Shown here piece by piece: positions 22,336-36,616 of a stretch of 64,000 nt of DNA (positions are counted from its first letter, which is position 1; each line of letters opens with the position of its first letter). This stretch comes from Gekko japonicus. Taxonomy: Eukaryota. The position numbers were made by a program, and so were the translations under genes. The stretch lies in assembly GCF_001447785.1 (NCBI RefSeq), contig NW_015161963.1, positions 1 through 64,000 of the forward strand, written 5' to 3'. Under the pieces are notes generated by a model. That model was not told where the DNA came from. It made no database searches and saw nothing but the letters and a program-made list of their open reading frames with translations.

Positions 22336-25300
22336 ATAAAAAAAAGTCTAGCTTGCCATCTAGTGGTGCATAACACTAAAGAGCTAGAAGTCTGGCTGCC
22401 AGGCAATCTTAAGATCTCCTGGCTATTCTACACACAATGCCATACTATAATTAATTATCTTCCTTCGCCTGGGATTTTGAACTGTGCAACTGCTCATATA
22501 TACATGGAGCTCTCTGTCATTCTAAAGAGGCATCGAGCTTTTCCATCCACTCCCACCAGACAATGTAATTTGCATATTGGCATAATTTGCAGGGCTATCC
22601 TAAGCAGAGTTGACTTGCTAAGACCATTGATTTCAGTGGACTTAGAAGGCTGTAATTATGCTTAGTCCATTAATAATTCCCCTATGGTTCTAGCTTTGTT
22701 TCCTTTGAGGACAAACAACCCTCTCCCCCTCTTCCTTCTTCTGCCAGGTTTGCTTTCAGGCCAAGTAGCTGGAGCAGCAAGACATTCCAACTTGACAGGG
22801 CCTAAATACCTGCAAAATGGCACTACCCCTTCCTGTCCCCACCCTCTTCTCTCTCCACTTCCAAGTCAGGGATGCCTGCCTTCTTAGGACTTTGCTGCTG
22901 CTGCTGCTGGATTATCTTGACAACAGATGCCTGGCTTACCATGTCTCATCTCCATTTACTGCATTTCAAAAACAGCTTTCAGCATGTGAGATGGTGTGGA
23001 GTGGTTGTGGAATTTGCGGTGCCCCGTAGCCCTGTTACTTGCATGCAGCTGTCTGCCTTACCACTGTCAGCCTCCCAATGCAGTCGTATGCAGAGTGACT
23101 CCAGTCTAAGACCACTTATTTCAATGGGATTAGACTGGACTAATTCTGCATTGGATTATACTCTATGTAGCAAGGTGTACAGCTATGGAGTCTGAGACTC
23201 TTTGCTTGGAGGAAGCAATTGCTTGGGGGGGGGGGAGACTTGCTTTACAGAGTTGGGAAGCAGACTATGTAAAGAAGCTTTTGGAGTGCTGGGATTTTTT
23301 CTCCCCGGGTTAAAGTAAACCAGCCAGACTCCTCCAATGTGGACAAAGGGATACTGGTGAGAAGGAGAAAGGGTAGTGAGGAGTACACCTGGGGCATGAG
23401 GGCATGCGTGCATCCTCCCTGTGCTGGATTTGTTGGTTCCCCACCTATGATGGGTTTACCATAGCTCCATATGCACCTCCACGGTGTGCAGGGGCAGGGA
23501 GTGACTGAGGAACCCTGCTTCCTGCCCCTCTTTCCAGGAGTGCTGAACATGCCACATCTACAAAATATGGTGGATCGTGTTGTTTTCCCCTGCCCAATCC
23601 GCTCCCACATTGGTTTGCTGCCTCCCATTGTGGAATATTCTGTAGGGCAAGGCTTGGCTCTTAACCCTCTGGAAATGTCTTTGCAAAGTCTGCTTCCTGG
23701 CTCTAGAGCAGAACCTCACCTCTCAAGTTGACTGCCCTGCTTCCTTTGAGAAGTCCGCAGGTAAAAGAGAGGCTTCCCTCTGAACTGCAAATGCATCAGT
23801 ATTTTTAATGAATATTGTTCATCTGTCCTGGAGAAACTCAAAACAGTTTTGAGAACTGCTGGACAGTATCATACAACCTAGAGTTATATCCTCTGGTACC
23901 CTGTGCTAGCTACAACCGCTTGACAATTTTAATCTGTGCACTCATGAGTCACATCCTATCAGAAGAACTATACAAAGGTGATATTAAAACCACAGTATAC
24001 TTGTATGCTTCTGTGAGAAGAACCACAAACAGGCTCTGAAGTTGGATCCAGAGCAAAATGCTGTCTTGCAGTTCTTGAGTTACTTTTGCATGTGGCTTGG
24101 ACAGAGGTGAGATGCAAAGATAAGGTCAGTTTAGTTTCTTCTCTCCAGCATGACTACCCAGTGATACATGTGCCTGGCTTTCCTATAATTGCTGGCCCAC
24201 GTTTCTGGAATCTAGTATTCTGTTTCCAACAGTGGCTGGCCAGATGTCTTGGGGAAGCTCAGACACAGTGCATTCTGATTATTCTCATCTCACTCTTCCT
24301 CAGGACAAGATCTGTGCCCCACCCTTCCATTTTATTATTTAAACAACCCTGTGAGGTAACTTAAGCTGAAAGAGAACACTGGCCTAAGGTGCCCCAGTGA
24401 GTTTCACAGCTGATTGGAGATTTGAACCTTAGTCTCCTCATTCTGGCTTTCTGAAGGTGATGGCTGCTTCCTGTTTTTTAAAATGTGTTTGTTTACTTCA
24501 TTTATGCCCACCTTTCTCCACAAAGTGGCTTACAACATTCTCCCCTTCTAATTTTTATCCTCGCAGCAAGGCTTTGTGGTAGGTTGTGCTGGGTCTGGGA
24601 GTGTGTGCCTAGACCAAGTTCACCCATGAAGCTTCCATGGCAGCCATGGCAAAATGGGGATAAAAGCCTGGATCCTTGTCTGAAGCTCAGAACTACTATA
24701 CAATGTTGGCTCTGTCTTCTCCTTAGTCTCTGGTATTGAGAATCATTCTGCCTTTGGACATGTAAAGTCCATTTAACTAGCATAGCTAATTTCTTCCTCT
24801 GCGATTTCCCCTCTTTTTGCTGTTTTTGCACTCAGGTTTTGATGTGTGTCTGAGCTAGTGGCCATCACCAGATCCTATGGAGGGGAATTCCTTAGGTTAA
24901 TTACGTATTATATGTTAAAAAAATTAACTTTTTTGTGTTTGTGTGTGGCCAGAGTGGAGAAAATTCTCATGCATACAGGATGGTTGTTGGGCATTCTCAG
25001 GATTCCTTATGCTATTGACTCCAGCTGTAACCACAGAAAGCAGCTTCTAGAGGGTCTTGGGACTGTGTGCTGGAGCTCCTTCTACTCCATCACTACCTGC
25101 CTCCGCTCTGTTCCCTTTGCACTTCCATACACCTGCAGTTCTTCTTCACCTTCCTTTCTACTTTCAGATGGATAAGGAGCACTGCACAGCCATTCCATTT
25201 GCTCCATTGACTTTGGTACTCCCACAGGAGCTCTGATATGCACATGGCGTTCCATGTGAGACGGAGCATCCGTGTTTAATGTCAGAAATTCTTTGTTGGT

Positions 25301-26019
25301 GCATTGGGCACATTTGGAGAAATTCCCTCATGTTGAAGGGAATGGAGCATCATGTGGATCTCAGATCTCAGAAGAGCTTTGGATTGTAGCCATTAATGTA
25401 GCACACGGGGATATTTCCAAAGGTTGATGAGTGGAGCATGATAGGAAATGCAGCATATCATTGAGGGTTCTCCTGTCACTTGTTTCCACTGGGAACTCTT
25501 GGGGCTTTGAACAGTGTAGGTGATTGGCCTTGCAGATAAGCCCACAAAAGTTATTAGCCCACCACCTTATTTATTATGCCTTCGGCATTTGTGTCTAAAA
25601 AGGAAAATAAAAAAGAAGCTTTCTTGTCCAGTCAGCCAAAGACCGTTCTTACCGTAAGCAGCCAAGTGACAGATCGCACATGCTATTGCTCTGGCTTGCT
25701 GGGTCAACTAGAAGAACATGAAGAATTAGCCTAAAATGGCATCCAGCTTTACTCTTGAACAGTCTCTACCCAGTTGGTGTCTTTTCTTTTTAGGAGCAGC
25801 GTTCTCAACTCATTCAGAGCATTGTTGGCTTTCCTTTTCTCATTCATCCAACAGAATTAATTCCCTTTTTTCATATCACTTGAATGTGTCTGCTGAATTT
25901 GAAGCTATTGTGTTGGGTATCGTCTAGAGCAGATAAGTTACTTTTACTCTTTGTAGCAGTGTGTATGTGTGTGGGGGAGAGAGAAAGAGGGGTTAACATG
26001 GGTCTGCTGCTATCCACAG

Positions 26020-26191
26020 ACTTGCAATGCTTCCTTTGCTACCCGCGACCGGCTGCGCTCACACCTTGCGTGCCATGAAGACAAAGTTCCATGCCAGGTC
26101 TGTGGGAAGTATTTGCGAGCAGCGTATATGGCTGATCATTTGAAGAAACACAGCGAAGGACCAAGCAACTTTTGTACCATCTGCAACAGAG
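26020..26191 (+). CDS. PATZ1: PATZ1 exon 3 (172 nt): TCNASFATRDRLRSHLACHEDKVPCQVCGKYLRAAYMADHLKKHSEGPSNFCTICNR(G)
   Basis: CCACAG|ACT acceptor and AGAG|GTAATT donor. Encodes C2H2 fingers in frame with exon 2. Confidence 0.96.
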
Positions 26192-28087
26192 GTAATTAAT
26201 ACACCAGCCTGTAATGGGGCAAAGGGTGGGTTTTGAACCTAAGCCGATGAATGCCTTCTCCAAGGAGAACAAAAGCTACAGTAAATTGTGTTCTCATTTG
26301 CTGTTGACTTCAGTATATATCTTGAGTATATACATTATATATCTTGAGGCTGACTCATTGTGAAAGGTCAGTACTTGTTATCCCCAACATCCAGTAATGA
26401 CTTCCACATATGAATGAGCCACCATAGACAATGGTTTTGAGCAATTTGAAAGTTCCATCACCGCCTTTTCAGTCAAGTCAGTTTACATATGCAAATGCAC
26501 ACATGTAAGTGCATATGTGAACCAGCCTTCAGTGGCATGATTACTAGTTTTGTGTTCTTTTTTGTGTGTAAGAATTTTGCACTGCTCATAAAATTGTCAC
26601 ATTGTGTACAGAGCCGGTACACCTTTCCATCCCAGTATTTTGGCTTCTGTTTTCAAGGCTATGTATGTATGAAACCAAGTTTTCTGATGCTCTACCTTAC
26701 AAACAGCTGCTTCTCAATTATTGTGTGTTGGGGGGGGGGTTCCATCGTTAATATTCAGGAAGCCTGAAGATTTGGGAACTTCCAAACTGTAAGAGGTGGA
26801 GACACCAAAGATCAAAGAGGAGGAAATTTAAAGTAAATGGAATCTCTTTGGGGTTGCTTTTTCTTGCCCAGTACAAAATACCTGCAGACCCATCTAGTGT
26901 AAAGAAATATTGAATTCTTGGTCAGTCCTTTCCCAGACAACATTTTGACACTTTTCAAAAAAGAGATGTGTTTTCCTTTAACATTTAATAGGGTGTATAT
27001 GTATGTATTTTGTGCTCAGTTTTGCAAAAGGTAGGCCTTGAGTTACAACTCTTTTGAAATTGCCCTCCAGTCTCAAACCTGTTAAGTTGCAGGCAAGTTC
27101 CCCTTTGGAAGAAACGTTTTAAATAAATAAAATTTATTTCGGTGATTGATGATGGCTATACAGTACTAAGCTGTACAGTACCGAGTACTTAGCATCTTTT
27201 CTTAGAAGTACATCCTTGTGGGTTCAGCAGAACTTACTTCCTAGTAGTGTGTTTAGGATTACAGCCTCAGGCTCTGAGAAATGTTATTAATGCAATACTG
27301 AGACACTGCAGTAAATGTACTAGTTCAGAGTTAGTGAATTATTGATAGGCTTCAGATATTTCAAGTAGACCATTAAGAACCGTGTACAGTGTCAACAGAA
27401 GACAGGTATTTATGTCTTCATCAGATACAAAACGATGCAAGAAGACTAGTTTCTGTTTCCCATTTGCTTGTGATTGTTATATGAGCTGGGGTGGATAATG
27501 CAAATAAAATAACCGTTATCTTGGGAGAGCCACTGCCGGCCAGAGTAAACAGCTCTGGGCAGTTCAATATAAGGAGGTTTCCTATGTTCACATAAGCAAG
27601 CAGAAAAGACATTTGCTCAGAAATTTGGGGGATGGGGACATGGAAGGTGGAGCACCCTCCAAAAAGCAGCACACACTGGGCCTCTAGGGACTTTCCAGTT
27701 TGATGCTTAAATTTATTTCCTTACTTAAACAGATTCCAACAGGATTAAACTTTTTAAAATGGTTCTGCTGGTAACAGATGGAGCTGGTGGTGTTGGAGTA
27801 TCCAGTGGGTTAGGCTGAATGTTGGGAGCGTATCTTGGAGTTCTAAAGGAAGAGGCTGAAAAATGGGGAAAGTTTGTCGAAACAAATAAGGACAATTTTG
27901 AAATGTTAAAGTAGCCGTGGCTCACAGCCTGATCTTATACGTTTACTTTGAAAGCGTGTGTCACTGGATACAGTAAGGCTTGTGTCCGAGCAGCTATGCA
28001 TAAGTTTAAGCCTCAGACATTTATGGTAGTACCCTGAATCGCTCTGTTTAAACATATTGTGGGTCATATCAGTGAATGAGTTGGCAT

Positions 28088-28298
28088 CAGTGTTCCCTCT
28101 AAGCTGTGTTAGTGTGAGCTCACTCACAGTTTTTTAGCCTCCGGCTCACACTTTTTTGTCTTAACTCAGGATGGAAGGATGGGTCCAGAGCAAACTAATT
28201 TTATGCAGCAGCCAAATCGCTCACTCACAACTTTAATGTCAGTAGCTCACAAAGTAGAAGCTTTGCTCACAAGACTCCACAGCTTAGAGGGAGCATTG
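28088..28298 (+). mobile_element. hAT MITE, family A copy 2
   Basis: Same TIRs as 15909-16105; perfect 8-bp TSD GTTGGCAT. Confidence 0.9.
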
Positions 28299-29353
28299 GT
28301 TGGCATTACAAATTCTAATTGGCTAGGAGATCTCTGGAACTTCTGAAATGGAAAATAAACTTTGGGCTCTGGATTTTGAAGATCAAAATCTAAGGCTCTC
28401 CCAATAAGTCATCTTATCAGGATATAGACAAATCGTTCATAATCTTTTTTGGAACTTAAAGTGTGGATGATTGAAAAGCCATTCCCTTGAACTGGAATAT
28501 TCCCAGCATGTTTCACAAAGCTGGAATTAATCCTACCAACCTATTGATTCCTTGCTGTTTCTCAGAAATGTTACCTTTCAAAAATTATTCCCACTATCAG
28601 ATAGGAAAATGATTGATAGCCCTCCCTATGTGTCTCTCTTTACCAATTCCTTACGTTTGCAGGGTGGGAAAGAGACTGTTTTGATTTCCATCCTTCTATG
28701 AAGCACTCTCTGCTTATTGACATATGTTAATGATTTAAGAGTAAAATATACTCTAACTGTAAACTGGCTTTAATATGCAGGTTAGGATCTGTTATTGTAG
28801 GGGCTGTCAGGAACCCAGAAAAGATGCTATCAGGAGCTCTTTTCTGAGTGCTGGCATAGTTATGTCTTTGTTACTTGGAGAGGCAATCTAAAGTAGAATT
28901 TGGAGGACAGAGAACAGGCCTGTCCAGCGCTATGGTTCTTATTGCTGGAGTATGAAACCATAAGGATGTGTATACCAACAGTGTAATGCTAGACAAAGTT
29001 AACTCTTCTGAGGATTGATTTAAAAAGATGGCATTAATCTCTGGAAATAACCATCATTCTAGTGTCTTGTCTGCATTCCACAGCTGTAGGAAGAACAGCA
29101 TGAGGAGAGAGTGTCTCCAGACATAACTGACAGGAGTGTCTTCCAGCCAGAAAGATTAGCAGATGTTCCCATCAAAAATAGTAGCACACAGTGTCTCTGC
29201 TTTCCTTCCACTGTATGCCACTGGGATTCCTGATTTTACAATAGAAGCAGAAATGTTTGTTTGCTATTCTGTTCTCTGTTCAGATGCTGCACCTACAGGC
29301 ACCCTATCTGTTAGGGGAGTAAGCATGTACAATCTGCTTCTCTTCCCCCCATC

Positions 29354-29726
29354 TAGGGCTGCCAGGTTCCCCAGGAGGGCGGAGGTTCCCCGCTCAAAGG
29401 GTTTTCAATCCGCCGGTCCGGATCAGGCCGGCGGGGGGAACCCCGCCCCCATCGGGCTGATGTGCCCAGTGCAATGACGTCACCCAGAGGTGACGTCATC
29501 GCGTTGGGCACGTTGCAGGCAGACGCTCTACCAGTCAGCGTGAAAACTCTATGGTACCATGGAGTTTCCAGGCTGATTGCTAGAGCGTCAGCCTGCGACG
29601 TGCCCAACGTGATGATGTCACTTCTGGGTGATGTCATTGTGGCACGCATACGCAAAGCACGCACAAATGTACCAAGACGGGACCAACTATCCTCCACTTT
29701 AAACCATGAGTGACTTGGCAACCCTA
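29354..29726. mobile_element. hAT MITE with a long internal palindrome
   Basis: TIRs TAGGGCTGCCA / TGGCAACCCTA; perfect 8-bp TSD CCCCCATC; palindrome centre ATGGTACCAT at 29551-29560. Confidence 0.9.
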
Positions 29727-30319
29727 CCCCCATCAATCTATATATTTCTTTCCCTCTCCTCCCTGCAGTAGACAGCATGTCTGCAAGTAAGAAGGGTAAA
29801 CATTTTTCTTGTATCCTGTGAAATATAGGTGCTGCAGGGCCAAATCAGAAGAAGCATGAGACATTTGTGATAAGAAAGGATCTGAGATCAGTCAATCTCT
29901 TTAATTGTATTTAAAAACAGCTGGGGAGGGGCAACACAACAGGAAACCAGCAAGGAGGCTGCTGTGTTGGGGAATAAAGGAAGCAGATGTGTGGGAGGGT
30001 ATAAAGAAACTGTCAGTTGTGGTAAGGCTGCTGGCTTCCCTCAGCAGCAAGCTGGTGACGCTGAGGAAGTACAGCAGAACCTAATGTTACATAACAGGGC
30101 CTAGTGCTGGTACTGTTACTCCAGGATCACTCAGTTCCCAGGGCAACCCTGTAGATGGCTGCCTGGTTTGGCTCCAGGGAGGAGTGAACTTTTGAAGGAC
30201 AGGGGTGTGCTAAATTAATAGCTGATCCACTCTGTTGCATCTTTGCTGAGGAGTCCTGCTGGGTCCCATCCTTTCTCCCATCTATGGAAACTGCTGGGAG
30301 AATGTGCTGGTGATACACA

Positions 30320-30620
30320 TAGGGTTACCAAGTACCTACCGCGAATCGGCGGGGGACATATGGTCCCCGGCCGGAACATTCCTCCCTGTAACACACCCAT
30401 GCCGCACCATGCCATCGCCAGGAAGTGACACCGGGCGATGCCTGGCAATGGGGCTGGAAACTCAATGGTACCATCGAATTTTCAGCCCCATTGCCAGAGC
30501 GTCGCCCGGCATAACTTCCTGGCAATGACATGGTGCAGTGCGTCTGTTTTCCGCGCAGGAATGGTCCTGAGAAGAAGTTTGTGTCCCCCACCGATTCTCG
30601 GTAAGTACTTGGTAAGCCTA
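30320..30620. mobile_element. Fully palindromic hAT MITE (301 bp)
   Basis: Ends TAGGGTTACCAAGTAC / GTACTTGGTAAGCCTA; perfect 8-bp TSD GATACACA; centre ATGGTACCAT at 30465-30474. Confidence 0.9.
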
Positions 30621-31533
30621 GATACACAATTCTGTTTCTCCTTGTCAACAGTCCAGTGGTCAGCGAATGTTCTGAACAAATCCGTGTAAGCAATAATGGG
30701 CTGGTGGAAGGCCAGTAAACTAAACATTAATACAAACCAGCCTGAGGTGATGTTGGTGAAGGTGTTGATCTGTTCTGGATACTTATTCATAGGTTAGGAG
30801 GGTGATAGAAGAAGAAGAAGAGAAGAAAAGATTGGATTTATACCCTGCCCTTTACTCGGAGTCTCAGAGTGGCTTACAAACTCCATGCCTCAATTTATTA
30901 TCTCTCACCAGCTTTGGTTGGTTCACATATTACAGCCTTGAGAAACCAGATGTGGCCATGATGAACCACGCTCTGACCACACCCAGATTAGATTAACGAA
31001 ATATGTCGTGTATGGGGCTGCTCTTGAAGACAGCATGGAAGCTTCAGTGATGCAGAATGAGGTGGTGAAATTGCTGACTGATGTAGGTTATAAAGAGTAC
31101 AAGTGGGGGACCTATGATAGTCATGGGGGGATCCCATCCCCCTCCAACTCGTTTCTCCTTCCCCTCCCAGTGCATACTTTCCCACCTGTTTTGGTCTTCC
31201 TCCACGGGTTCTGTTGCTTCCCCTGCCTGCCTACGTCTTCCTCCTTCAAGACTCTGTTGCCCAATTTGCATGCCAGAATACCTGTCGCCTTCCCTGCATT
31301 CTGGGCAGTCCACCTGTGTCCTCTTTTGCCCATGGACTTGCTTGTTAGAACACCTGCAGCACCTTCATCTGCTTAGCTAATAAGATGGCTCTGGTTCCCC
31401 CTCCCTTTCCCCCTCTATACTTGCTGGCCAGAAGCTTGGACTGTCTGCTTTTCTTAAGTTGCTTCTCCAAATTGTGGGTTTTTTTAAAAACCCTGTGCTT
31501 TTTAAAAGGTTTTTGTATTTTTCGACAAACCTC

Positions 31534-31553
31534 NNNNNNNNNNNNNNNNNNNN
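31534..31553. other. Assembly gap (20 N)
   Basis: Run of N. Confidence 1.
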
Positions 31554-32324
31554 ATTTAAAGCTCTTTATCATACAAAGCCACCATTTCTGGATTTAAGAA
31601 TCCACAGCTGGGGCCGTGTTGAGAATTAGATATAACAAGTGAGGACCTGTGATACGGGTGGGGGGGGATCCTTGCATCACTGCTTGTTCCCCACACCCAA
31701 TTCCCTCCTTATGGCTCGGAGGGGAGGGATTCACAGAGAGGAATCCCATATCTGCCCCCACCACTGAGCCCGGAACGGATCCAGGCCCTACTGCATACTA
31801 TTGAACCCAGCATACTCCTGTAATTTTGAATTCAGATTTTTCTGCAAACCTGGGAAGTCACCCAAGTTTAAAGAAAAATCTGTCTGGCGCCAGTGTGGCC
31901 CTATCCGCAGATTTAGGTATCCGCGGATGGGGGCCACATATTGCGATTAGTATATAGATGATATTCTGCCTGTCTTTTTTAAAAAACAAACTACACCCGC
32001 TGCTGATGCATTTCTGTGGCAAAGTTAAGAATGCTGATTCTTATCTTCACATCCCTGAATTGACCAAGGACAGAATAGCCAAAGATTCATCTTCAGTATA
32101 ACCCTGTGTAAATTAAGGTTCACTTCTGAGGTCCTGTTCTTTGTGCCCCCGTTTTCTGAACCAAAGTGCCTTTTCTGTAGTGGTGCTCTAGCTGCGGAAT
32201 ACTCTCCCTCTACCCTTGTGCCTGCTTTTATTTTGTTTTAGATGCCAAGTAAAAATTCATTTGCGATAGCATTTGGTTAATTGTGTTGTATTCCTTCTTG
32301 CTAAGTTTTTTATTGTGGGTTTTA

Positions 32325-32419
32325 TCAGTAGAAAAGAGCAAGCGTCCAGTAGCACCTTAAAGACTAACAAAATTTGTGGCAGGGTAGGAGCTTTCATGAG
32401 TCACTACTTACTTCTTCAG
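32325..32419 (-). mobile_element. Single Penelope-like terminal repeat fragment; further copies at ~46262-46475 and ~51081-51337 (inverted pairs)
   Basis: Same TCCAGTAGCACCTTAAAGACTAACAA motif. The minus strand reads CUGAAGA-A-GUAAG..CUCAU-GAAA-GCUC with damaged stems. Confidence 0.7.
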
Positions 32420-35400
32420 TTTTTATGGTGCTGTTTTCATTTCACTGCCTTTAGTGACTGTATTGATGACAGATTTTAGTGGTTTTGATAATATATTTTT
32501 ATGTTTTATTCTGAACTTATGGTAAAGTGTTTTGAGAATTCTTTTTGGAAAAGGTGGCAGCAAGTTTTCTAAAATTAATAAGTGTGCATTGTTTTGTTTT
32601 CCATGATTTCAGTGTTAGTTGACTGGTCCTCCAGAAACCTCCCTAATCTCTTGTGCTGGGACTATTCCTATTTTTTAATCTTCAGCTTAGTGGAGATCTT
32701 GGTTATTAATCAACTGTTAAGGATTAGAGTATGCTGAATCCCCCCCCCCCATTCCTTACAGTTATGAACATGGTGTTTCATTTGGGTTTCTTCCTCCTAG
32801 CAGAGAAGTACAAACTTTGTGGGAAGAGGCAGAAGCGTCTTGTCGCTTGCACCAATGTTGCATCCTGAACCAGAGTGGTATAGTGATTAATGTCTTGGCC
32901 TAGGTCTGAACCTGTGTCAAACCCCAGTGGGTGACTTTGGACTAGTCTCTTTCTCAGACTTCTCTGTCTCACAGGGTTTTTGTGAGGGTAAAATGGAACA
33001 GGGTAGACTTTTGTACCCTAAGCTCCATAGAGGAAACATGGGACAAAAATGTGATAGATAGCTAGAACCACCATTATAGGTGAATCTCTCTATATCCAAC
33101 CAAACATCTGTGGATTTCACAAAGGGGTTTTACTCCCAGGACCTTTCAACTTTCCATGTAGCCCACTGGACCCCCCCCCAAAAAAAAGACCCTTTTGTTC
33201 CTGGGTTCAGAAGGCTCAGGGGACAGCATGAAGGCAATGGGAGGAGGGAATCTGTAGAAATCGCCAGCCCCTATTCCAAAAATGGAAATACCACCCTGTT
33301 GAAGGAACTGTGTGGTTGAATAAGTGCCACCATTCATTGGAAAGAAAGCGAGCAAGAGAATTTTGAAGCAATGTTATTGCTTTTTGCCCTTGTCACGAAA
33401 CCTGAGGTGCAGGGGATTGGGGTAGCATACAAATCTTCATTCAGGCTCCAAGGATACCACACATGGTTGAGGCTAAGGGAGGGTGACTGACCCAAGGTCA
33501 CCCAGCAAGCTCTCCCTGTTTCTGGTTCAAGACTCTGATCACTACATCACACTGACTGTTCAGTGGCTTATTCGAAATAAGAGACAATGCAATAAACAAA
33601 TGTATTTTCTCTTCACTTGGGCCAGTGAAGAGAAATTATTTTAGAAGCTGTAGGTTATAGCAGAGGAGTCAGAAATAGTGATTTGGAATTTTTCTGTTTC
33701 CCCATATCTATGATTTATCCTGGCTTTGTATAATTGGTAAGGACTGATGATACCCATAGTGGAACACAGTGATTTTTGCTAGGCTGCCAAGAGTCACCCC
33801 AAGCACACAGACAAAGGATTATTTTAGACACCCACCTCCCTTCACACCATCCAGATCCAATCCCAAACAAATCACATGACATACTTTGAGCATAGGTTGT
33901 TCAGAGGGGCATTTAAACCAAGTCCTGAGTCGAGGAGCCATTCCTGTGGGAGTATACAAGCATGCAGAGCAGTGGAAAGAAGAGGAGTTGAATAATGAGG
34001 AGGGAAGACTAGGGCCAAGTTGTTGCTGGTTTTAGAGCTGCCTATCAGCTGCACCTTGCCAAGCTCCCAAGACATCCTCCTCTGTGCCTTGTTTCCAAGT
34101 CTGATTTTGCTGAAATGCATTTGTGGTTTCCCTACCAGAGTATGTTCTCCACTGCCCTCTGGAACAGACCGTCTCCTCTCTCCCTTTTCATTATTTTCTC
34201 TCCATCCAGAGTCTACAGAGTAAAACATATTTGAGCTGCTCTTTACAAAGAGTTGTTGTAGCCAGTAGCTAAGAGATTGTGCCGGGGACCAGGAAGTCCA
34301 TGGTTCAAATGTTGCCCCTGCCAGGAACTCACCAAGTAGCCTTAGGCAAGTCATCCTTCTCTTTGCTTCCCCCCCCCAACTGCCCAAACAACACATTGGC
34401 CTGCTTTCCATTGTCTTTGATAATATGTGTGCCACTCTTTGAACATTCTAAGGCATGCTAAGTGTCCCCCTAAAGCATTTTTGCAGTTCTCATAATTCAT
34501 TGCTGACTCTGAGATGTGTCTGCCTTAGAGTTTCTGACCTTTTTTTTTTTTTTTTGGAGGGGGGGAATCCAGAGATTTGCTAAAGAATGTGAAAGTAGAC
34601 AGAGCAGTAGCTGCTACTGTAAATTTATGGCTAAACAAAAAATGTGGCTGGGCTGACTACTTAAGTTTTTTAGCCAAGATCATTGTACTTTTCTTTCTCA
34701 TTTATATACACTGCCTTTTAAACAGCACAGCCTGTTTTATAATCCTCTTTCCTTCGCACAATTATCATTCCGGACTGGATCAGTGTTCCCACCATTTTAC
34801 CATGGAGGCTCTGAAGCTGTCACAGTGCCTTGCCCTAAGCTAGGGCTTTACTCTTTACAGCTACCAGGTTCTTAAAAAGCAACCCTATTTTCCACAAGAG
34901 GCCAGTTAACACTCACCCCCCTTTCTACCCAGGAGCGCTCAATGTGAAAAATGCAAAGAAAAACAATGCAATATTAAAATACCCACCTCCTCCAGAAACC
35001 CCAGTTAGTTCCTTCCTCCAAAAGGAAAACAGTAACATGATCCTCTGTGAGCAAGAACTAAGTTGGGTATATGTTGTTGCTTACACTAACCCACCTACAA
35101 AAGCCCACCCATCTATGAATGTCTTAGTTTTCTGAAGCACCATCCACAGATTCTAAGAATTTCAGAGAAACAAGCCAACAAAACAACCAGTAGAAGCCAA
35201 AAAACAAAAAGAAACAGCTGCTGCCACCGTAGTGCATTTTGGAAATGGAGTTTTTGGCTTGCAATGACAGCAGAAGCAAAAAATAAATTGACTACAGCTA
35301 CATTAGTTCCTGATGCTCTTGAATTAACATGGTAGGATGATGCATAAGATTTTGCCTTTCTCTTTATACAAAAGGAGAGCCAGCAGAGAAGCTGTGGTTT

Positions 35401-36478
35401 TTCTGCTGAAAAGAGGATTATACTAAGCAATATTTTGAACAAGGAACAGGGTAATTTAAATGGTTTATGACAGTATTTGAGTATAGAATAAAAGGAGAAG
35501 CTGAAGGTCAGGGGCAGAGCATCCGGTTTGTGTACAGAAGGCCCCAGATTCCATCTCTGGCATCCCCAGGTGGAAAAGCTGTTGGGGAGCACTGCTGGGA
35601 ATGACTCCTTTCTGGCTTCTTGGAGAGCCTGTACGAGCCACGTCAACTGTGTTGAACTGACCATCCAGTCTCATGGAATAAAGCACCTTTGTATGACAGA
35701 ATTGCATGCTTGTCAGCAAGAGAAAATCCAATTTTTTTTATTTTTGTTGTTGTTGTTTTAAAGAAAGCAGTTGATATTGTTGAGGAAAGAGAACAATGTG
35801 CATTCAGAAGCATTGTCTGACCGGGTTAGGGACCCCTTTTTGTGTCTGCCAGGGTTGGTCGTCTGGAAATCTGCAGTGATCTTACTTCTCCCAAGAACCC
35901 TTTTTCCTAGCCACGAGTATTTCCGTCTTGTTTCCCATTTTCAAGCTAGTCCTAGTCCAGTGGAGTACACAGTGTGTTCCCAACCCTGGTAATGCATAAA
36001 CAGTTTTAAAAATCCAGTCTGCCAAACCAGTATTTACATATTTAAAGACACAACAATTTGCTTTTTTCCTGCCCAGTGAACTGGATTTAGTTGATTACAG
36101 GCTATTTTAGGAACTGGCCAGACTTAATAACATGGCAACATATTTACCATTTGATTACCTACAAGAGAGAATTTTTCAGAGCACGGTCTCGTAGATCTGA
36201 TACAGATTCTGGCATTTCTCACCTTTACTGTAATACATTTTCTTGCAAAAGGCACTCATGCACATACTTGCTCCCTGTAATTTCTAGGTTTTTTATTTGT
36301 AAGCCTAAAGGGCACACTTCACTTTTTGATGCCTCCTTCAAAAGCAGCCAGAATGCACTTATTTTGGCTCATGCAGAAGTTCTTTAGAGGACCCAAGAAG
36401 ATCTGGAAGCAGATAAGGGGAAAGGCAGAGGTGTGTCTGTACTGGTGGCAGGATCTCATCTCCTTTTATCTTGTTTAG

Positions 36479-36616
36479 GTTTCTCCTCTGCCTCCTACTT
36501 AAAGGTCCATGTTAAAACCCACCACGGTGTTCCCCTTCCCCAGGTCTCCAGGCACCCGGAGCCCATCCCGAATGGGGGAGCAGCGTTCCACAGCATCAGG
36601 ACCTATGGCATCAAAG
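36479..36616 (+). CDS. PATZ1: PATZ1 exon 4 (138 nt, symmetric phase 1, GC donor): GFSSASYLKVHVKTHHGVPLPQVSRHPEPIPNGGAAFHSIRTYGIK
   Basis: TTTAG|GT acceptor; completes the finger CTICNRGFSSASYLKVHVKTHH. The donor AAAG|GCAAGC is the junction that restores the orthologous K-E-G-Q-K-C-S-H join to exon 5. Confidence 0.92.
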
